Assembly (NCBI GenBank): GCA_934097085.1 | Contig: CAKONK010000001.1 | Span: forward strand, 4,221 to 68,220 | Source: an uncultured Bacilli bacterium | Lineage (GTDB): Bacteria; Bacillota_I; Bacilli_A; RF39; UBA660 | DNA: 64,000 bases | Direction of reading: 5' to 3' | Part shown: piece by piece, positions 22,951 to 32,517 of the stretch | Layout: every line of letters starts with the position of its first letter | Position numbering within the stretch: the stretch's first letter is position 1 | Translations under genes and position numbers: made by a program | The notes under the pieces: model-generated | What the model saw: the letters and a program-made list of their open reading frames with translations, nothing else | The model's database searches: none | What the model was told of the DNA's origin: nothing

Positions 22951-24000
22951 TTATTTATTGTTCTGTATTATTAAAAGTAAACTAATAATGTCTTTTAGAT
23001 TACCTCCATTTAAAATAATTGAACCTTTCAAATCTATATTATATTTTTTTATTAATTGTTTATTACTTTCATCTTCAACATAAATTACATTTGATAGTTT
23101 AATATTGATTTTTTCAAAAAAATTATTAAAAAATATTTCATTTATTTTTGTCATATAACACTTGTTATATTCCATTTTTTCTAAAAGTTCTATTGCAATA
23201 AGTAACTCTTTACTATCAAATATTAAATTTTCTAAATATTCATCCACATATTTATCTAAAATACTATTAATTTCGTCACACTTCTTAAAATAACCCCATT
23301 TAATATTAAAGCCTAAATCAGTACTAATTAATTTTTTATATTTTTTAAAGAAATCTTTTTCATAGCTTTTTATTGAATCATCAATATTTATATAGATATT
23401 ATTTAATGAATTATTATTTACATGTTTATTATAAATATAATTAGCCACAACATCACGATATGGCCTTGTTTCCTCTTTTAGATGTAAACTTTCAAAATTA
23501 TTTACCAGTTTTCTTAACGCAATTTTAAGCTCGTCTTTTTTAGCATATTCTTGGTCCGCTAAAATTTCAAATTCTACAAAACCACCTAAATCAGTTAACT
23601 TATCAATCATAATACTATAGTTATAAATACCATCTTTCTTTTCGTAAACCAATCTTTCTTTTTCAACATTAACATAACTATAATATCCTAAAGACACAAA
23701 TAAGTTAACTATATTATCATACTCATTTATATCGGAATTTATATTATTTTCAAGCTTGCAATATAAACCTGATAATGAGGTTGATTTTCCTTTAAATGTA
23801 ATTTCCATTTTCTTATTATCAATTTTTCTAATTCTTAAACAAGTTCTATTTTTTATAAACTCACTATTTATATCGGTAAAATATTCGTCGCTTTCTATTA
23901 TATTTGACTTTTCAATAAATCCAATTTCTAGTACTTTCTCTATCATTTCTTTTGGATTTAAACAATAATACTTTTTTTCAGTTTCTACTCTAATTTTCAT
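22951..24000 (-). CDS. CYTH (triphosphate tunnel metalloenzyme) domain protein with an unknown C-terminal half
   Basis: N-terminal E-x-E-x-K signature (VETEKKY) and later FVEFEI strand motifs. Confidence 0.55.
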   Translation of the reverse strand: MKIRVETEKKYYCLNPKEMIEKVLEIGFIEKSNIIESDEYFTDINSEFIKNRTCLRIRKIDNKKMEITFKGKSTSLSGLYCKLENNINSDINEYDNIVNLFVSLGYYSYVNVEKERLVYEKKDGIYNYSIMIDKLTDLGGFVEFEILADQEYAKKDELKIALRKLVNNFESLHLKEETRPYRDVVANYIYNKHVNNNSLNNIYINIDDSIKSYEKDFFKKYKKLISTDLGFNIKWGYFKKCDEINSILDKYVDEYLENLIFDSKELLIAIELLEKMEYNKCYMTKINEIFFNNFFEKINIKLSNVIYVEDESNKQLIKKYNIDLKGSIILNGGNLKDIISLLLIIQNNK

Positions 24001-25031
24001 TTAATCTCCTTCTTTATTACAGCAATCATATAAACTCCTAATATATTACTGAACGTATCAAAATTAATACTATAATTTTTAAATGTATTTTTTATAATAT
24101 TTTTAAATTGATTTTCGTTCAAAAAGCAATCGCCAACATCTTTTAAATACTTTACATACAACCATTTATTGAAAAATTTTGGTAAACCGCCTTGCTCTTT
24201 AGGATTGCAAATTTCCACGATTATAATTTCTTTTGACGTTATTTGATCTAAAAACTTTAGCATACCTTTTATTTTTGATTTATTGTTCATATGGTGAAGA
24301 GTATTTCTACAAAAAGTTACGTCATACACCCTACTATTTATATTGTTTACTTGTACATCATCATTAGTATAAATAACTCCCTCTAAAATTTTATTATTCA
24401 AATAATTAATACAAACATCATTTCCAACTATAACATCATATTTTTTACTTTTTGCAATTTGTAAAACATCAAAGTTATCACCACAAGATACATCCATAAT
24501 TGATTTATAATTTGGAATAATATCATTTAAAATGCTTTTAAATTCGTCTTTTTTTCTTAATTTATCGGTTAAAATATATTTTTTTATAAATTTTTCATGA
24601 AATTTATATCTGTTTATATATCTTTGTGACATTTGAATTTCAGTATTAACGTTTTTTGATAAATATGATTTTTCAAAATTATTTTTATGATAATCTATTA
24701 TTTTTTTATATTTATTTGGGGCTTTTTTATAATTAACTTTGTTCAAGCATGATTGATTAGTACTCAAAATTCTAAATGCAATTACCAAAGTTTCTTCACA
24801 AAAACATACTGGGTAAAAATTTATAATAACTAAATTAAATTCTTTATTTAATATCTTGATTGTTTCTAAAACATTGACTGAATAGTCAGTATCCAATAAA
24901 TCGCTATTTTTTAAATAATAGTAATAATTATCATCATATATTAAGAATGCAACACTTTTACTTGATACTTTTATTTTTAAAGTTTTTAAATTATAAAATT
25001 TTTTATAAAAATCATTAATACCGTTATTCAT
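23997..25031 (-). CDS. SAM-dependent methyltransferase (C-terminal) with an unknown N-terminal domain
   Basis: Motif I-like IMDVSCGDNFDVLQIA, then VIVGNDV and FCRNTLHHM. 4-nt overlap with the CYTH gene. Confidence 0.6.
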   Translation of the reverse strand: MNNGINDFYKKFYNLKTLKIKVSSKSVAFLIYDDNYYYYLKNSDLLDTDYSVNVLETIKILNKEFNLVIINFYPVCFCEETLVIAFRILSTNQSCLNKVNYKKAPNKYKKIIDYHKNNFEKSYLSKNVNTEIQMSQRYINRYKFHEKFIKKYILTDKLRKKDEFKSILNDIIPNYKSIMDVSCGDNFDVLQIAKSKKYDVIVGNDVCINYLNNKILEGVIYTNDDVQVNNINSRVYDVTFCRNTLHHMNNKSKIKGMLKFLDQITSKEIIIVEICNPKEQGGLPKFFNKWLYVKYLKDVGDCFLNENQFKNIIKNTFKNYSINFDTFSNILGVYMIAVIKKEIK

Positions 25032-25911
25032 TTACTATTTCCTCATTTATAAATAATGACGCAGTTTTTGTTAAATTACTATCTATTTTTACAATATTAA
25101 TTTCCATTTTCGGTAAATCATTTTCAATATTAACTTTTTTTAAAATATTTGATTTAACTAAATATGCAATAGCTGGTTCAACTACATAACCAATGCCTAA
25201 ATTTCTACGTACAGAATCAATTATTAATTCTTCAGTTCCAAATTCTAGAACAGTTTTAATATCATAATTATTTTCATCAAATACTCTATTAATGTTTTTT
25301 CTTAAAGAACTCTTGGCAATTGGTAAAATTATATTTTCATCTTGAAGATCGCTTATCGATTTTATATTGTCTACATTGTAATCATAACCTGCGATAAAAC
25401 AAGTATTCAAAGAGCATATTGGTTCAATTGTAATATTATTATAAATTGAATTTATCGGCGATGCATCAATTACAAAGTCTAACTTTCTTGCCTCTAACTG
25501 TTCAATAAGTTGGTTAGTGGACAAATCAATTAATTCTATTTGAATCTTTGGATGTACTAATCTAAAATGATCAATTTTGTCCATTAAATAATTTCTAACT
25601 ATATGAGATTGAACACCAATTATTACATTTCCTTCTTCCACATCATCTATTGCGGCTAATTCTCTTTTACAAGTATACATTAAATCTTTTGCTTCTTTTA
25701 CAAAATTATACAATATTTCTCCCGCTGGTGAAAGAGTTATTCCCTTATTAGCTCGATAAAACAGAGTGGTATTTAATTCAGCTTCGAGATTAGACATACT
25801 TTTACTAATCGCCGGTTGAGAAATAAATAGTTTATTCGAAGCCTCCAAAAAGCTGTTTGAAGTAGCAACCTCATAAAAAATCTTCAAAGAATTTAAATTA
25901 ATATCTTTCAT
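25024..25911 (-). CDS. LysR-family transcriptional regulator
   Basis: HTH SFLEASNKLFISQPAISKSMSNLE followed by a substrate-binding domain of typical length. Confidence 0.9.
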   Translation of the reverse strand: MKDINLNSLKIFYEVATSNSFLEASNKLFISQPAISKSMSNLEAELNTTLFYRANKGITLSPAGEILYNFVKEAKDLMYTCKRELAAIDDVEEGNVIIGVQSHIVRNYLMDKIDHFRLVHPKIQIELIDLSTNQLIEQLEARKLDFVIDASPINSIYNNITIEPICSLNTCFIAGYDYNVDNIKSISDLQDENIILPIAKSSLRKNINRVFDENNYDIKTVLEFGTEELIIDSVRRNLGIGYVVEPAIAYLVKSNILKKVNIENDLPKMEINIVKIDSNLTKTASLFINEEIVNE

Positions 25912-26007
25912 TATTCACCTCACATACTGCTATTATAAGTACGGTTTGTTATAATGTCAATTAATATATTTTTATATTTATTATAATTTTTAGTTATATG
26001 TACTTTC

Positions 26008-26033
26008 ATAAAAAAACAGCCAAGCTGTTTTTA
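26008..26033 (-). terminator. Rho-independent terminator ending the 33838-26031 operon
   Basis: Hairpin aaacagc-caa-gctgttt (26014-30) followed by a T-run in the minus sense. Confidence 0.6.
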
Positions 26034-26510
26034 TAAATCGTCTTCCTCAATAAAATCAAATGTTTCATTAATTGAAACTAATTTATTTTTTAAAAAATCA
26101 GGTTTAATTGGACTATTTTTTATTTTCTTCACATCTAACCATTTATAAACTATATTTTTACCTTTTTCTATACCGTCAAACATTTCTTCTTCTAAAAGTT
26201 TTGAGTCATCAGGAATATCAACTAAATACCCCAAAATATATTGATGTTGTTTTTTGCTATCAAAACTAAAGAAGTATTCAGAAAACCAAAGTGGTCTTAT
26301 TATTTTAGAATTTTTTTCACCCGTTTCTTCATAAATTTCTCTAGTTACTACATCCTTACCCCTCTCAAGAGTGGCAATAGCTCCTCCAGGTAAAGCCCAA
26401 AACTCATCATCTTTTCTTTTTTGAAAAAGAATCTTTCCTTTCTTTTGAATTACTGCAACTGCTCTTGTACTAAATTTCACATCACCAATCATTAATCTTA
26501 TATCTTCCAT
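26031..26510 (-). CDS. NUDIX hydrolase
   Basis: Nudix box GGAIATLERGKDVVTREIYEETGE. Confidence 0.9.
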   Translation of the reverse strand: MEDIRLMIGDVKFSTRAVAVIQKKGKILFQKRKDDEFWALPGGAIATLERGKDVVTREIYEETGEKNSKIIRPLWFSEYFFSFDSKKQHQYILGYLVDIPDDSKLLEEEMFDGIEKGKNIVYKWLDVKKIKNSPIKPDFLKNKLVSINETFDFIEEDDL

Positions 26511-26520
26511 TTTTCCTCCT

Positions 26521-27297
26521 TTAACTGATATATTCCTCTAATAATTTTTTTACTCCCTCTTCATTACTACTGCCTATTACTCTCGTTGCAATTTTTTTCA
26601 ATTCGTCACATGCATTTTCCACCGCCAATCCGTTACCAACAATTTTAAACATTGAAATATCATTATAGTCATTTCCTATTGCGATTAAATTATTTTCTTT
26701 ATATTTTAAATACTTTGCTAAAAAGCTAACAGCCTCCCCTTTCGAGGTATTTAATGGCAAAATACTAAACCAATAATACCCATTTTCATACTGATTATCA
26801 TCATACGGTATGTATATATTTTTGATTTTTTCAATTTGTTTTCTAATATTTAATAAACATTCATTGTCTCCTTTAAACATACATTGTTTAACTTCATCAT
26901 ACTCATTATAATATTTTTTATCTTTAATAACAACCTCATTATCATTAATAGCAAGTTTTATTTCCACATTATAGTGTTTTGCTAAATTAATTATTTTTTT
27001 TACTACTTGAGAGCTAATTATTTTGCTATATAAAACATTATCATTTTCATTATCGTAAATTTCAGATCCATTCGAAGAAATAAAATACTTTAGTTTTAAT
27101 TCATCACATATATTTTTTACATTATTTCTAGCTCTACCACTTGTAAGTATTATATTGTTATATTTTTCATTAACTATTTTTATTACATTTTTAGTATTCA
27201 AAGACATAGAACCATCATCTTTAGTTAATGTACCATCTATATCTATAAAAACTAACTTGTTATGTAAGCTTTCTATTTTTTTGATATTCTTTTTCAT
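26521..27297 (-). CDS. Cof-type HAD-IIB phosphatase
   Basis: FIDIDGTLT, SGR and a GNDYNDISM-like motif. Confidence 0.85.
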   Translation of the reverse strand: MKKNIKKIESLHNKLVFIDIDGTLTKDDGSMSLNTKNVIKIVNEKYNNIILTSGRARNNVKNICDELKLKYFISSNGSEIYDNENDNVLYSKIISSQVVKKIINLAKHYNVEIKLAINDNEVVIKDKKYYNEYDEVKQCMFKGDNECLLNIRKQIEKIKNIYIPYDDNQYENGYYWFSILPLNTSKGEAVSFLAKYLKYKENNLIAIGNDYNDISMFKIVGNGLAVENACDELKKIATRVIGSSNEEGVKKLLEEYIS

Positions 27298-27964
27298 ACT
27301 GTTTTAATTCTAACTTCCCTTCCATATAGTCTTGTAATAAAATACAATTTTCATTTTTCCTAAAATCAATTTCAATGCCAAATGTTTTATTGATTAATGA
27401 AATAAGTGTCATAAAAACTTCAATTAACCTTTTTCTATCAAGATATAACATAGAGCGTAAAACATAGTTGATTAAACCACACATTGCCAAATTCACCTCT
27501 AAATAAGATTCTAAATAATTAGAAATATGATTTAATTTTTTTATTTTTGATTTATAAATCGATGGTATAAAATCGATATACACTAAATCATTTTTTGAAA
27601 TTATGAAATTTTGCATATTTAAATCAATACAAACGTCTTCATTTAAAGTTTTTTTATAAATTAATAATAAGTTCTCAACTTTTTTAATTTTCTCTTTTAT
27701 TTTAACATTTGGATTTTCCATAAATTGTTGTAATGTTACACCTTTTACTTTTTTTACTATTTGAATATTTTTACCAAAAATATTTAAATTGATAAATAAG
27801 GGAGCAACATTAATACTTATCATTTTTAAATCTCGATAATACTTTTTATAATTTAAAGAATCTACTGTAGTTTTTATATTACTAGCAAAATTAGAATTAA
27901 TATTTTCTATTTTTATAACAATATGATTCAAAAGTATAACTTTGTTAAATGAACCAGTCTTCAT
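27260..27964 (-). CDS. Protein-kinase-like fold small-molecule kinase (divergent)
   Basis: Catalytic-loop-like CIDLNMQNFII...LVYIDFIP. Weak assignment. Confidence 0.4.
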   Translation of the reverse strand: MKTGSFNKVILLNHIVIKIENINSNFASNIKTTVDSLNYKKYYRDLKMISINVAPLFINLNIFGKNIQIVKKVKGVTLQQFMENPNVKIKEKIKKVENLLLIYKKTLNEDVCIDLNMQNFIISKNDLVYIDFIPSIYKSKIKKLNHISNYLESYLEVNLAMCGLINYVLRSMLYLDRKRLIEVFMTLISLINKTFGIEIDFRKNENCILLQDYMEGKLELKQYEKEYQKNRKLT

Positions 27965-28788
27965 TTAAATTTTCTTTCTAAAATTTTAATATTTTTATTA
28001 TAAAAATCACTATTTATAGTTTTTCTTTCATAACACCAATTTAACGATGTGTATGCATCAAATATATTGTAAAATTCTAGCCTCTCATTTAAATTTATTG
28101 GAATTTTTCTAATAGATTCATAACCCTTTAAAAATAATTTAAACTCCTTTTTATTTAAAATTCTATAAAGTTTTAAAAAATCAAAACACGAATCTCCATT
28201 TTTCATACTTTCAAAATCTATTAAATATGTCTCATCACCAAAAATAATATTGCCCAATCTAAAGTCCAAATGAAGTAACACATTATCATATTCATTTTTT
28301 TGTAATTCTACACATTTTATTAAATATTTATATACTTTGTCATTTAAAGAAACAAATTTTAAATTTTGGTATGTCTTTGATAAACTTTCAATTAGATACT
28401 TTTGCCAGCTATTTTCATTCTTATCAGGGACATCAACATTATGAAGTTTTCCTAATAAGCACCCAATATTATATATATTTTCAAAAGAAAGGGTATTTAC
28501 CATTTCATCACAAATACTTTTTCCTTCGACAAATGTCATAACATTAAAATATTTATCATCTAAATTACCACTAAATAAGAGTTTTGGAACATTTAATATA
28601 CTTTCTAAAAGTTCCAAATATTTAGCTTCCTCTTTTTGTTTAAATTCATTATAAAGAATTTTAAAAATAAATTTTTCATTATTTGAATAAACTATATAAA
28701 CATTCGAACTAAATGAATTAGTTACCCGATCTATTCTTGTTACATTAATACCATTTTTCTTCATTATTTCAACTATTTTGTCTTCCAT
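27961..28788 (-). CDS. Aminoglycoside/choline-kinase-family (APH) phosphotransferase
   Basis: Brenner motif LLHLDFRLGNIIF followed by YLIDFES. Confidence 0.75.
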   Translation of the reverse strand: MEDKIVEIMKKNGINVTRIDRVTNSFSSNVYIVYSNNEKFIFKILYNEFKQKEEAKYLELLESILNVPKLLFSGNLDDKYFNVMTFVEGKSICDEMVNTLSFENIYNIGCLLGKLHNVDVPDKNENSWQKYLIESLSKTYQNLKFVSLNDKVYKYLIKCVELQKNEYDNVLLHLDFRLGNIIFGDETYLIDFESMKNGDSCFDFLKLYRILNKKEFKLFLKGYESIRKIPINLNERLEFYNIFDAYTSLNWCYERKTINSDFYNKNIKILERKFK

Positions 28789-28791
28789 ATT

Positions 28792-30069
28792 TCACCTCTT
28801 TGTTTTTGCAAATTCCAACTCTTTTTTAAAAAACGTACTGGCAAATTTCTTTATTAAATATTTAAAGCTACCAACTGGTCTAAATATAAACCAAAACGGT
28901 GATAATAATATTGCTAATAAAGATATACACTTATTATCTTTTTTTATTTTATATGATTTTAATACAATATAAGAAGACAAAGAAAATAAAATTGGTGTTA
29001 ATAACATTATCATAAATATAATATTATAATTGTTTGTTAAAATAGTATATAGATAAAATGCTAAATACATAAACGGAATAAATGAAAACTCCAAAATATT
29101 AAATGTTCCAAATAACAACATATTAAATTTTCTAAAAATATTTCCTTTTGTATTTTTTATTTCTGATAAATATGTTAAAATACCCTTAAAAATTAAAGTT
29201 GCACTTCCAAAATACCCTGTTAAATCATTAGGAATTAAAGAAAAATTGTATGATGGTAAATAAGAAAAATTATAACCCTTAATAGAATAACGATAGCCTA
29301 AAGTTAAGTCATCAACAAATATTGGAAATAATTCATTTTTTAATAAAGTGTCTAATCTAATATGCATACAAGCTCCCATTAAATATTGGGGAATCTTTAC
29401 TTTAGTTAAAGAACATAATAACAATTTATATTTTTCAATAGCTATCGATCTAACTAAATGTTGTAATGCATACATTGTCATTAATACACTTTTTTTACTT
29501 GTTTGAACATAATTTTTTATATTCATTGGAACCTGCTGAATGACTTGTGGATTATTTTTATATGCTGCGACTTTATTTAATTGTTCAAAAACATCTAAAT
29601 TAGGCTGTGAATCAAAGTCAAAAACCGATATATAAGTATTCTTTTTATCTTTAATATTTTTAGACAATATGTTAACCGCATAGTTCATTTGAGAAGATTT
29701 ATTTCCTTTTATTTCAGGATAATGTAAATGCATAAATCTTTTATCTTTTTTTATTTTTAAATATTCATTTACCATTGAATTTGTTGTAAGTTCTTCCAAC
29801 CCTTTTTTTCTATATTCCTCTTCTTCCTTTTCGGTAGTAATAATAACGTATTTAATTTTCCCTTTATATTTAATATTACTAAACCAATCGATTGTTTCCT
29901 TAACTATTTTTTGTTCTTTTAAAGCTGGTAATAAAACATAAATATCAACATATTTTTTTACTTTCACTTTATTTATTTTTTTTACATAAATTTTTTCAAG
30001 GAGAATCGTGGAAATAGAAATTAAAGGAGCAAGAAAATATATAAATGCAATAACCTTAACTATAACCAT
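28792..30069 (-). CDS. Integral-membrane family-2 glycosyltransferase (synthase-like)
   Basis: N-terminal TM segment, GT-A core with VFDFDSQP and VDDLTLGYR acidic motifs, and several C-terminal TM helices. Confidence 0.65.
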   Translation of the reverse strand: MVIVKVIAFIYFLAPLISISTILLEKIYVKKINKVKVKKYVDIYVLLPALKEQKIVKETIDWFSNIKYKGKIKYVIITTEKEEEEYRKKGLEELTTNSMVNEYLKIKKDKRFMHLHYPEIKGNKSSQMNYAVNILSKNIKDKKNTYISVFDFDSQPNLDVFEQLNKVAAYKNNPQVIQQVPMNIKNYVQTSKKSVLMTMYALQHLVRSIAIEKYKLLLCSLTKVKIPQYLMGACMHIRLDTLLKNELFPIFVDDLTLGYRYSIKGYNFSYLPSYNFSLIPNDLTGYFGSATLIFKGILTYLSEIKNTKGNIFRKFNMLLFGTFNILEFSFIPFMYLAFYLYTILTNNYNIIFMIMLLTPILFSLSSYIVLKSYKIKKDNKCISLLAILLSPFWFIFRPVGSFKYLIKKFASTFFKKELEFAKTKR

Positions 30070-30070
30070 A

Positions 30071-31696
30071 TTATTTCACTCCTAACTGATTATTTAACAT
30101 TTTTATACCTTGAATAAAGAAAGCTAACTGTCTTTCAGGGTAATCCGAATGTAAAGATATCATAGAAATAAATAATAATCCCTCGATTAATTCAATATCG
30201 TTTATGTTAATATTATTTTTTTCCATTATTCTGTCCATTATACTATAATTAGGTTCTTTCTTAAAATAAGAAATATTTATAGCATTTTTATTTTCACTGA
30301 CGTTAAATAAATCATTAATTATTTCGTCATATCTTCCATGATAACAATGTCTAAGTTTTGCTAAATCATATCTATAATCTCCATATATTGTGTCTACAAC
30401 AAAGTTTCCTCTCGGATCAATAAATTTATAAATCATATTTTTCGGAGAAAATAAAATGTTTGAAAAAGCCAAATCACCATGAACAATTGAAACATAATCT
30501 ATTGCTTCACTACATATTTTTTCTATACGATTCGTAAGTTTCTCTAATAAAAGATATAATCCAACATATTTTTTCCCATTAATTATTAATTCCTTTTTAT
30601 TAACTAAATCTTTACGATTCCATTTTTCAATTCTATTATAAGTTTTGCGTATTAACATTTCATGCATATATTCGTTAAAAGACAATGAAATATTTTTGTT
30701 TTTCAAATAAACTTTATTCAAATTATTGAATAACTTTTCAAAAATATACTCTTTATTAAAATCATATAATGGGTAAAATGTAAAATATTCAGCTAAAGTT
30801 AAATAATCATAATATTCAATTGCATATTCATTATCAAGCTGACTATTATTATAAAATTTAGGTGTCATTTTTTCAAAATCGGTTTTAATAATCTCTTTAT
30901 ACCATTTCATTTCTGAACCAATTTTCTCCCATGAACTTTTTTTATGTAAAACTGAAATATCATCTAGATATAAAGAATTAAACTCACGACAATTAAAGCT
31001 TTTTTTATTAGTTTTCATATAATTTTCCAAAGTCCCTATATCATTCCATTTTGTTGTTTCATAAACGTATAGATTTTCTTGCTCCATATACTTGTAAAAA
31101 TAAGATGAAAGTTGATATTCATTTTTTATTTTTTTCACAGGTTCAGATAGTATTTTTCTTAATAATTTATAATTTTTAAAAAAGTATAATCCAATCGCAG
31201 CATCAACTGGCTCTTTCATACCTATAGGTTTATCAATAATATTTAATATCTTTTTATCTTTATCACTTTCTATTACACAATATAAATGAGCATCTTTACT
31301 TTCTACTTTTTGAACTGTTATAAAGCTTCTATCATAATTATTAGGATATGGGCATATTGTATCTCCTAAAAGTAAAATAGTTTCCTTTTTTATTATATCT
31401 TTAGTAAGTTTTAGGGCAGCTCCCGGTCCAGAAAAATCATCTTGAATAACATAATTAAATTTAACATCGGTATTTTCAAATGATGTTTCAATAAATTTTT
31501 TGATTACATTAACATTCTCATCATTTACAACAAATGTAATATCTTTAAGACCCTCTCTTATAAGCGGTACAATCATATTATATATTGCTGGTTTTTGACG
31601 GACACTTATTAAAGATTTTGGCATAGTTAAAGTAAGAGGGTATAACCTTGTAGCATGACCTGCCATTAATATTATTAATTGTTTATTTTTATACAT
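30071..31696 (-). CDS. Bifunctional nucleotidyltransferase / APH-family kinase
   Basis: N-terminal LMAGHATRLYPLTLTMPKSL (NTP-transferase loop). C-terminal VHGDLAFSNILF...FIDPRG (kinase catalytic loop). Confidence 0.7.
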   Translation of the reverse strand: MYKNKQLIILMAGHATRLYPLTLTMPKSLISVRQKPAIYNMIVPLIREGLKDITFVVNDENVNVIKKFIETSFENTDVKFNYVIQDDFSGPGAALKLTKDIIKKETILLLGDTICPYPNNYDRSFITVQKVESKDAHLYCVIESDKDKKILNIIDKPIGMKEPVDAAIGLYFFKNYKLLRKILSEPVKKIKNEYQLSSYFYKYMEQENLYVYETTKWNDIGTLENYMKTNKKSFNCREFNSLYLDDISVLHKKSSWEKIGSEMKWYKEIIKTDFEKMTPKFYNNSQLDNEYAIEYYDYLTLAEYFTFYPLYDFNKEYIFEKLFNNLNKVYLKNKNISLSFNEYMHEMLIRKTYNRIEKWNRKDLVNKKELIINGKKYVGLYLLLEKLTNRIEKICSEAIDYVSIVHGDLAFSNILFSPKNMIYKFIDPRGNFVVDTIYGDYRYDLAKLRHCYHGRYDEIINDLFNVSENKNAINISYFKKEPNYSIMDRIMEKNNININDIELIEGLLFISMISLHSDYPERQLAFFIQGIKMLNNQLGVK

Positions 31697-31698
31697 AT

Positions 31699-32517
31699 TT
31701 ACATCTCCTTTATCTTTCTAATTAATTTTTTACTTTTTTCGTTATCTACACCGAAAATAGGTGTACTTTTTTCGTTATGAAAATCACTACCACATGACAT
31801 TAATAAATCATATTTCTTGGCTAAATATTCATAGTACTCTGCTTGAACTTGAGTAGTTTTTGATTGATTTAATATTTCAATGCCTTCTAAACCAATGTCT
31901 TTTAATTTTTTTATTAATAAGTCTAATTCATTATTTTCTAATTTTAATATAGATGGATGTGCTAAAACAGATATTCCTTTTGATAATTTTATTAAAGAAA
32001 TAACTTGCCATATTTTTAAAGCACGAGTCTTTTCATAGAATTTTGAATTTATTCCTGTATAAAGATCACCAGCAATTTTTAAATTTTCCACAATATTTTT
32101 ATCTACAAGCATTTGACGAATTAACCCTTTTGATAAATTATAATTAGAATAATCATTTAAATTTAAATCAAATCCATAATAACTATTTAAATTATATATT
32201 AGTCGTTTGCATATATTTACGTTTTCATCTTTAATCTGTTCTAAATTATGAATAATTAAATCCTTGTCTTTTATTCCATAACCTAAAATATGCATATTTT
32301 TATAATCCTCAATCGTAAACTCAATACCATCGATAAGCTCTACTTCACAGTTTCCATAAATCTGTTCATATTCTTTCTTTACATTTTCTTTATCAAGATA
32401 ATCGTGATCCGTAAAACTTAAATATTTCATATGTAAATCATTTGCTTTTTTCAAAAGGTCAACTCTAGAATATTTTCCATCAGATTTATTTGTGTGTGTG
32501 TGTAAATCGTAAAACAT
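31699..32517 (-). CDS. PHP-domain phosphoesterase
   Basis: FYDLHTHTNKSDG...SFTDHD and later LAHP and GSDFH metal ligand motifs. Confidence 0.8.
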   Translation of the reverse strand: MFYDLHTHTNKSDGKYSRVDLLKKANDLHMKYLSFTDHDYLDKENVKKEYEQIYGNCEVELIDGIEFTIEDYKNMHILGYGIKDKDLIIHNLEQIKDENVNICKRLIYNLNSYYGFDLNLNDYSNYNLSKGLIRQMLVDKNIVENLKIAGDLYTGINSKFYEKTRALKIWQVISLIKLSKGISVLAHPSILKLENNELDLLIKKLKDIGLEGIEILNQSKTTQVQAEYYEYLAKKYDLLMSCGSDFHNEKSTPIFGVDNEKSKKLIRKIKEM

